From: an uncultured Dehalococcoidia bacterium
Lineage (GTDB): Bacteria > Chloroflexota > Dehalococcoidia > Lucifugimonadales > UBA3495
Reading direction: 5' to 3'
Length of the DNA stretch: 64,000 nucleotides
Assembly (NCBI GenBank): GCA_950072105.1
Contig: CATMOE010000005.1
Coordinates: 32,001 to 96,000 of the forward strand
Each line of letters opens with the position of its first letter. Position 1 is the first letter of the stretch. This document shows, one piece after another, positions 59,514 to 64,000 of this stretch. A model generated the notes under the pieces. That model was not told where the DNA came from and ran no database searches. It worked only from the letters and a program-made list of their open reading frames with translations. A program made the position numbers and the translations under genes.

Positions 59514-61175
59514 ATGAGCAGTATCGCCGGACCCAATGGTCCTGGCCGCCCGATGTGGGAGATGTCCCTGGGCGAATTCCTGGACGCCGCAGTCCGCCAG
59601 AATCCCGACAAAGTTTTCGTGGAGATGGCCGGGGAGAAAGTTACTTACCGGCAACTCCAACTAAGCGTTGGCAGAACCGCGTCGATGTTCCAAGATTTGG
59701 GTGTGGCGCCGGGGGACCGGGTCGGTCTGTTTATGCCCAATTGCCTGGAGTACCTTTACTGTTGGTTCGGCCTGTCCTTATTGGGCGCCATCAGTGTTCC
59801 CATCAACACCGCCTACAAGCGGGATGAGACCGCTTACATCCTGAACGACGCCGAGGCGGTTGGGTTAGTAACGCACCACACTTTGGTTTCCGTGGCCCGA
59901 GAAGCGTCTGCTCTCGCTTCCAGCGTGCATCATAGATTGGTTGTTGCTGAAGGACCCACCTCCGGCCCTCCCGTCGAAGGTGATGAAGAGGAGGCGGATG
60001 GGTGGACGAGCTTTGCGGACGCTCTTTCCAAAGCACAGCCCTTAACTTCGCCGGCTCCGGTTTCTCCGGATGCGGTGTCCATGTTGGTCTACACCTCTGG
60101 GACCACCGGCAACCCCAAGGGCGTTATGGTTTCGCACCAGATGTACGTTGCCGCAGGACAGGGTTTCGCCCACTGGACCCAAGCAACCCCCGATGACCGG
60201 TTCTTCACCTGCCTGCCCTTTTTCCACGCCAACGTCCAGTACTACTCGACGATGGGGTCCCTAGCGGCGGGCGCTACATTGGTGGTAGTTGACCGGTTCA
60301 GCGCGTCCCGGTTCTGGGACCAAGTGCGGGCGGCCAATGCCACTGTAGTTAACTTCATCGGAATGATGATGCCGGTATTGTCCAAGCAGCCGGAAACGCC
60401 CCAAGACCGGGACAATCAAGTCCGGCTGTTTTACGGTTCACCGGCTTTTCCGCCCGAATTTTTGGAGGCGTTTCAGGAGAGGTTTGGCACTGATATTATC
60501 GTCGGGTTCGGTATGACCGAAACCTGCTACGGGACGATTGAGGGGATCGGAGATAGGCGGCGTCCTTCGTCTTCGGGCGCGCCTCGCCGGCATCCGGACC
60601 GGCGCTTCGAAAACCATGTCCGCATCTCCGATTCGGAGTCAGGAGAGCCGGTCCCAACCGGCACGGTAGGGGAGATTACCATAAAGAATCCGGCCGTGAT
60701 GTCCGGTTACTGGCGGAACGAGGAGCAGACGCGCCAGTCTCTCCGGGATGGCTGGTTGTATACCGGAGATCTGGGCTGGATGGACGAAGACGGCTACCTG
60801 TTCTTTGTGGACCGAAAGAAGGACATTATCCGGCGGAGAGGTGAGAATATCTCTTCCCAGGAAGTGGAGGACGTGATCAAGCGTCATCCCGATGTCCTGG
60901 ACTGCGCGGTGATCGCCGTCCCATCGGAGTTGGGCGAAGACGAAGTGAAAGTCTACGTGGCGCGGCGGCAGGAGTCGAGGCTGGAACCGGCGGAGGTAGT
61001 ATACTGGTGTGCCGAGCACTTGGCCTACTTCAAGGTGCCGAGATACGTGGAACTGCGGGATGAATTGCCCCGCACGCCCAGCCTAAGAGTTCGAAAAGAC
61101 CTGCTTCGCCAGGAACGAGACGACCTTACCCAGGGTTGCTTCGACCGGGAAGCGGCGGGCATACGCATCCGGTGA
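59514..61175 (+). CDS. acyl-CoA synthetase (crotonobetaine/carnitine-CoA ligase-like)
   Basis: YTSGTTGNPKG, GFGMTE, TGDLG, DRKKDIIRRRGENIS. Confidence 0.95.
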   Translation: MSSIAGPNGPGRPMWEMSLGEFLDAAVRQNPDKVFVEMAGEKVTYRQLQLSVGRTASMFQDLGVAPGDRVGLFMPNCLEYLYCWFGLSLLGAISVPINTAYKRDETAYILNDAEAVGLVTHHTLVSVAREASALASSVHHRLVVAEGPTSGPPVEGDEEEADGWTSFADALSKAQPLTSPAPVSPDAVSMLVYTSGTTGNPKGVMVSHQMYVAAGQGFAHWTQATPDDRFFTCLPFFHANVQYYSTMGSLAAGATLVVVDRFSASRFWDQVRAANATVVNFIGMMMPVLSKQPETPQDRDNQVRLFYGSPAFPPEFLEAFQERFGTDIIVGFGMTETCYGTIEGIGDRRRPSSSGAPRRHPDRRFENHVRISDSESGEPVPTGTVGEITIKNPAVMSGYWRNEEQTRQSLRDGWLYTGDLGWMDEDGYLFFVDRKKDIIRRRGENISSQEVEDVIKRHPDVLDCAVIAVPSELGEDEVKVYVARRQESRLEPAEVVYWCAEHLAYFKVPRYVELRDELPRTPSLRVRKDLLRQERDDLTQGCFDREAAGIRIR

Positions 61176-61212
61176 CGGTTCAGTAGCTGAAGGTTCAGTA
61201 AAGGAGACGTTC

Positions 61213-61686
61213 ATGGCGGACCGGCGATACTGGCTGTTCAAGTCCGAACCTACGGCATATTCCTTTGCCGACCTTCTGGCCGAGGAAAATCAAACCGCGG
61301 AATGGGACGGGGTGCGCAACTACCAAGTGCGAAATTATATGCGCGACGACATGCGGGTTGGCGACGGGGTGCTCTTCTACCATAGCAGCGCCAAACCGAT
61401 GGCTGTCATCGGCACCGCCCACGTCGTGCGCGAGGGTTACCCGGATAGCACGTCTTGGGACCCGGCGGAGAAGCATTACGACCCTAAGAGCACTCCCGGC
61501 AACCCCATCTGGATGATGGTGGATATTCAAGCCGATGAGCAGTTTGCCCGTCCCGTCACGCTTCAGGAGATCAAGGAGAACCCCAGGTTGGAATCCATGC
61601 TTCTGGCTCGCCGGGGGATGCGCCTGTCGGTTCAACCGGTCACCAAGGAAGAGTGGGACGAAGTGATATCCTTAGGGAACGGTTAG
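61213..61686 (+). CDS. EVE domain protein
   Basis: YWLFKSEP, WDGVRNYQ, FYHS, YDPKS, RLSVQPV. Confidence 0.95.
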   Translation: MADRRYWLFKSEPTAYSFADLLAEENQTAEWDGVRNYQVRNYMRDDMRVGDGVLFYHSSAKPMAVIGTAHVVREGYPDSTSWDPAEKHYDPKSTPGNPIWMMVDIQADEQFARPVTLQEIKENPRLESMLLARRGMRLSVQPVTKEEWDEVISLGNG

Positions 61687-61833
61687 CGAGAATAGCGTCC
61701 CTGTTTTTCAGTGGAATTCGTTCATCCTGAATCAAACGAACTATTTAGCGGGAAGCATTGAATGGGAAGCGCCCGGCCATGTTCCGGTGACGGTCGGCTG
61801 TAGGATTAGAACGGGACTATCAAGGAGACATAA

Positions 61834-63450
61834 TTGTCCAACCAAGATGGGGAAGCGGCCAGATCCTATCACCAAGCGACAAAGCTGTCGTACATTGATC
61901 TAGCCAGCAAACCGCCCCTTTTCAAGACCTATTCCGCTCTACCTCTGATGCCGCTGCCACCGGGATTTCCGTCGCCTGAGACTCCGACGCTAGAAGCGGT
62001 CTCAAGTAGATTTAATGCGGGAGCGGCATCGAGTACCGCTGCCGAAGGAGAACAGCCGGCCGAGACCGGTTCGCTTGATTTAACCTCGGTGTCCCAATTG
62101 CTTTTCTTCTCCGCCGGATTGGTGCGTAAGGCTTCCATGCAGGTTATCGGCGATGTCCATTACCGGGCTGCGGCGTCTGCCGGGGCCCTTTACCCCATTG
62201 ACGTTTACCTGGTATGCCAGGATATAAACGGGCTGGAGGCGGGGGTTTACCACTTTTCTCCGATGGACTTCGCGCTTCGCCCATTACGAAAGGGTGATTA
62301 CCGGTCGGAATTGGTAGAAGCCGCTGGAAATGATCCGGTGTTCGCGTCGGCCCCGGCCACCCTGGTTTTCACCGCCAACTTCTGGCGTAGCGCGTGGAAA
62401 TACCGGGCCAGAGGCTACCGTTATTGTTATTGGGATTGCGGTACGATGCTGGCCAACTTATTGGCTTTGTGTTCGTCGCTCCGGTTGCCTGCCAATCTGG
62501 TTGCCGGTTTTGTCGACGAACGCGTAGACCAGTTGCTGCGCATCCGAGGGCAGCAGGAGGCTGCCATCTGCCTGGTGCCCATCGGTTCGGGCGGCGGACC
62601 GCCTTCGGCGATCGACATGATTGAGCCGGCCCCACTGGCCCCAGACACCAAGGATGGGTCCAACGATAGGATCGACTACCCGGAAACCGACCAAGTTCAT
62701 CAGGAATCGTCTTTGATGGATGAAGAAGAAGTTGTGGAATGGCGCGGCCTTTTGCCGGATGAGTCAGGCGAGGAGTTGCAGGGACCAGCCGGCGCCGGTC
62801 TGACTCTGTTGGAAGCCAATAATCTTTCTTCGGAACCCCTGGGTGAGGTTATCCGCAAACGGGGTTCCACTCGGCGTTTTGCCCAGGATCCCATCTCCCA
62901 GGCCCAGTTCGAAGCAATTCTGGCCGGATCTTCCAGAGGGTCCCCTTCGGATTTTCACGGGAAAGATGGAGAGAGCTTGGTGGACATGTACACCATCGTC
63001 CATGCCGTGGACGGCGTGCCTGCCGGGTCATATTATTTTGACCCACAAACCAGCAAGTTGGAACTTCTGCGGGAAGGCGACTTGCGAGCGCGGGCGGGCC
63101 ATCTGTGTTTCGAGCAGGCCCTGGGCGCCGATGCCAGCGCGGTTACGTTTTTCATGGCTGATCTGGAGGCCATATTTCAACAATACGGCAACCGCGGCTA
63201 CCGGGCCGCTCAATTGGAAGCGGGAATCGTTGGCGGCAAGATGTACTTGTGCGCCCACTCTTTGGGCCTGGGCGCCACCGGCATGACCTTTTACGACGAT
63301 GAAGTCGCCGAGTTTTTTTCGCCCCATGCCGAGGGGAAGAGCCTGATGTTCCTAGTGGCCGTTGGGGTACCTGGCCGGCCCAACCGGGTCCGGCCGTTCC
63401 GCTCGCAGATCGCCGTCACCTTGGACGCCCTGGCCCGAGGCGCGTCGTAG
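61834..63450 (+). CDS. SagB/ThcOx-like two-domain nitroreductase family protein
   Basis: YHQATK, RAAASAGALYP, RSAWKYRARGYRY, RGSTRRF, YGNRGYRAAQLEAG. Confidence 0.9.
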   Translation: MSNQDGEAARSYHQATKLSYIDLASKPPLFKTYSALPLMPLPPGFPSPETPTLEAVSSRFNAGAASSTAAEGEQPAETGSLDLTSVSQLLFFSAGLVRKASMQVIGDVHYRAAASAGALYPIDVYLVCQDINGLEAGVYHFSPMDFALRPLRKGDYRSELVEAAGNDPVFASAPATLVFTANFWRSAWKYRARGYRYCYWDCGTMLANLLALCSSLRLPANLVAGFVDERVDQLLRIRGQQEAAICLVPIGSGGGPPSAIDMIEPAPLAPDTKDGSNDRIDYPETDQVHQESSLMDEEEVVEWRGLLPDESGEELQGPAGAGLTLLEANNLSSEPLGEVIRKRGSTRRFAQDPISQAQFEAILAGSSRGSPSDFHGKDGESLVDMYTIVHAVDGVPAGSYYFDPQTSKLELLREGDLRARAGHLCFEQALGADASAVTFFMADLEAIFQQYGNRGYRAAQLEAGIVGGKMYLCAHSLGLGATGMTFYDDEVAEFFSPHAEGKSLMFLVAVGVPGRPNRVRPFRSQIAVTLDALARGAS

Positions 63451-63530
63451 GGAAACCTAGAGGCTGATCTGATCTGTTAACCCCCCAGATCAAGTTCGTT
63501 CTTGGGGGCCTGTTGGACCACTCGCCCAAG

Positions 63531-63607
63531 TCCGTTCGTGGCGAGCCTGTCGAACCACCCTTCGGTAAAGGACGGGAGGACCCTTTGACAACCTCAGGGC
63601 GAACAGA
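63531..63607. repeat. miniature inverted-repeat (REP-like) element
   Basis: CCGTTCGTGGCGAGCCTGTCGAA...TTTGACAACCTCAGGGCGAACAG imperfect inverted arms. Confidence 0.5.
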
Positions 63608-63695
63608 AAGAGGACGTGGCCGCTCTTTTAACCCCGATACCATCTTGGCGAACCATTTACTGTATCAGCGTCTATGCTGAATACCGGCGTTCGTC

Positions 63696-64000
63696 TCACT
63701 TGGTTGCGATGACAAACAGATAGTCCCCTCCCCGGTTTTCGTATGCCGCCATGACCTCATTGATGCGCCCCGATCGGATGTCTGCAGCCAGACGCAGGCA
63801 ACCGCCTGCTACCTCCGCAGGGTCGGCCAAACTGGCGAACGTTGAGATTCCCCGTCGTACTCCTTCGTCCAGGTACATCTCCGGCCGGTGCTTTCCGCTG
63901 TAGAGGAAAAAGTCCTGAAGGTCGTTCCGGATGTCGAACCCCTCAGTCTCCAGGGACGTGAAACCCGCCTGGGTCAAAGCGCCGGTAACCAAGTCAAGCG
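63696..64000 (-). CDS. C-terminal part of a probable class I SAM-dependent methyltransferase (runs off the window)
   Basis: DLQDFFLYSGKHRPEMYLD..VRRGIS.F, GDYLFV tail; SAM motif not in the window. Confidence 0.6.
   Translation of the reverse strand, partial: LDLVTGALTQAGFTSLETEGFDIRNDLQDFFLYSGKHRPEMYLDEGVRRGISTFASLADPAEVAGGCLRLAADIRSGRINEVMAAYENRGGDYLFVIATK

Noticed and set aside
61834..63450. SagB-like gene as a RiPP (azole peptide) cluster
   Set aside because: No YcaO, precursor peptide or transporter nearby; stand-alone two-domain forms are common

Overview
GC-rich bacterial chromosomal window. The gene repertoire (F420-dependent LLM, three ThDP-enzyme paralogs, GMC oxidoreductase, auracyanin-like lipoproteins, PT-rich lipoprotein, tandem ThyX) suggests Chloroflexota, probably Dehalococcoidia/SAR202-like; this is inference only. 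It holds about 50 CDS, tRNA-Sec (minus, 8412-8508) and tRNA-Glu(CTC) (49297-49374). Main observations: (1) two extra copies of the tRNA-Sec 3' half (6619-6685, 3683-3752) delimit two tandem integrase-less cassettes with shared end motifs, one carrying yajQ and one carrying monomeric isocitrate dehydrogenase; (2) lpdA (E3) and an E2 gene flank a 2-oxoacid:ferredoxin oxidoreductase pair instead of E1 genes; (3) an RlmD-type m5U methyltransferase is fused to a Maf pyrophosphatase; (4) a 1.27-kb islet bounded by 27-bp direct repeats carries two mini GIY-YIG-like genes and an excisionase-like HTH; (5) a CHAT-NTPase-TPR protein lacks both protease catalytic residues. No CRISPR array, rRNA, integrase or transposase was seen. 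All calls come from motif recognition by eye; no database searches were run.
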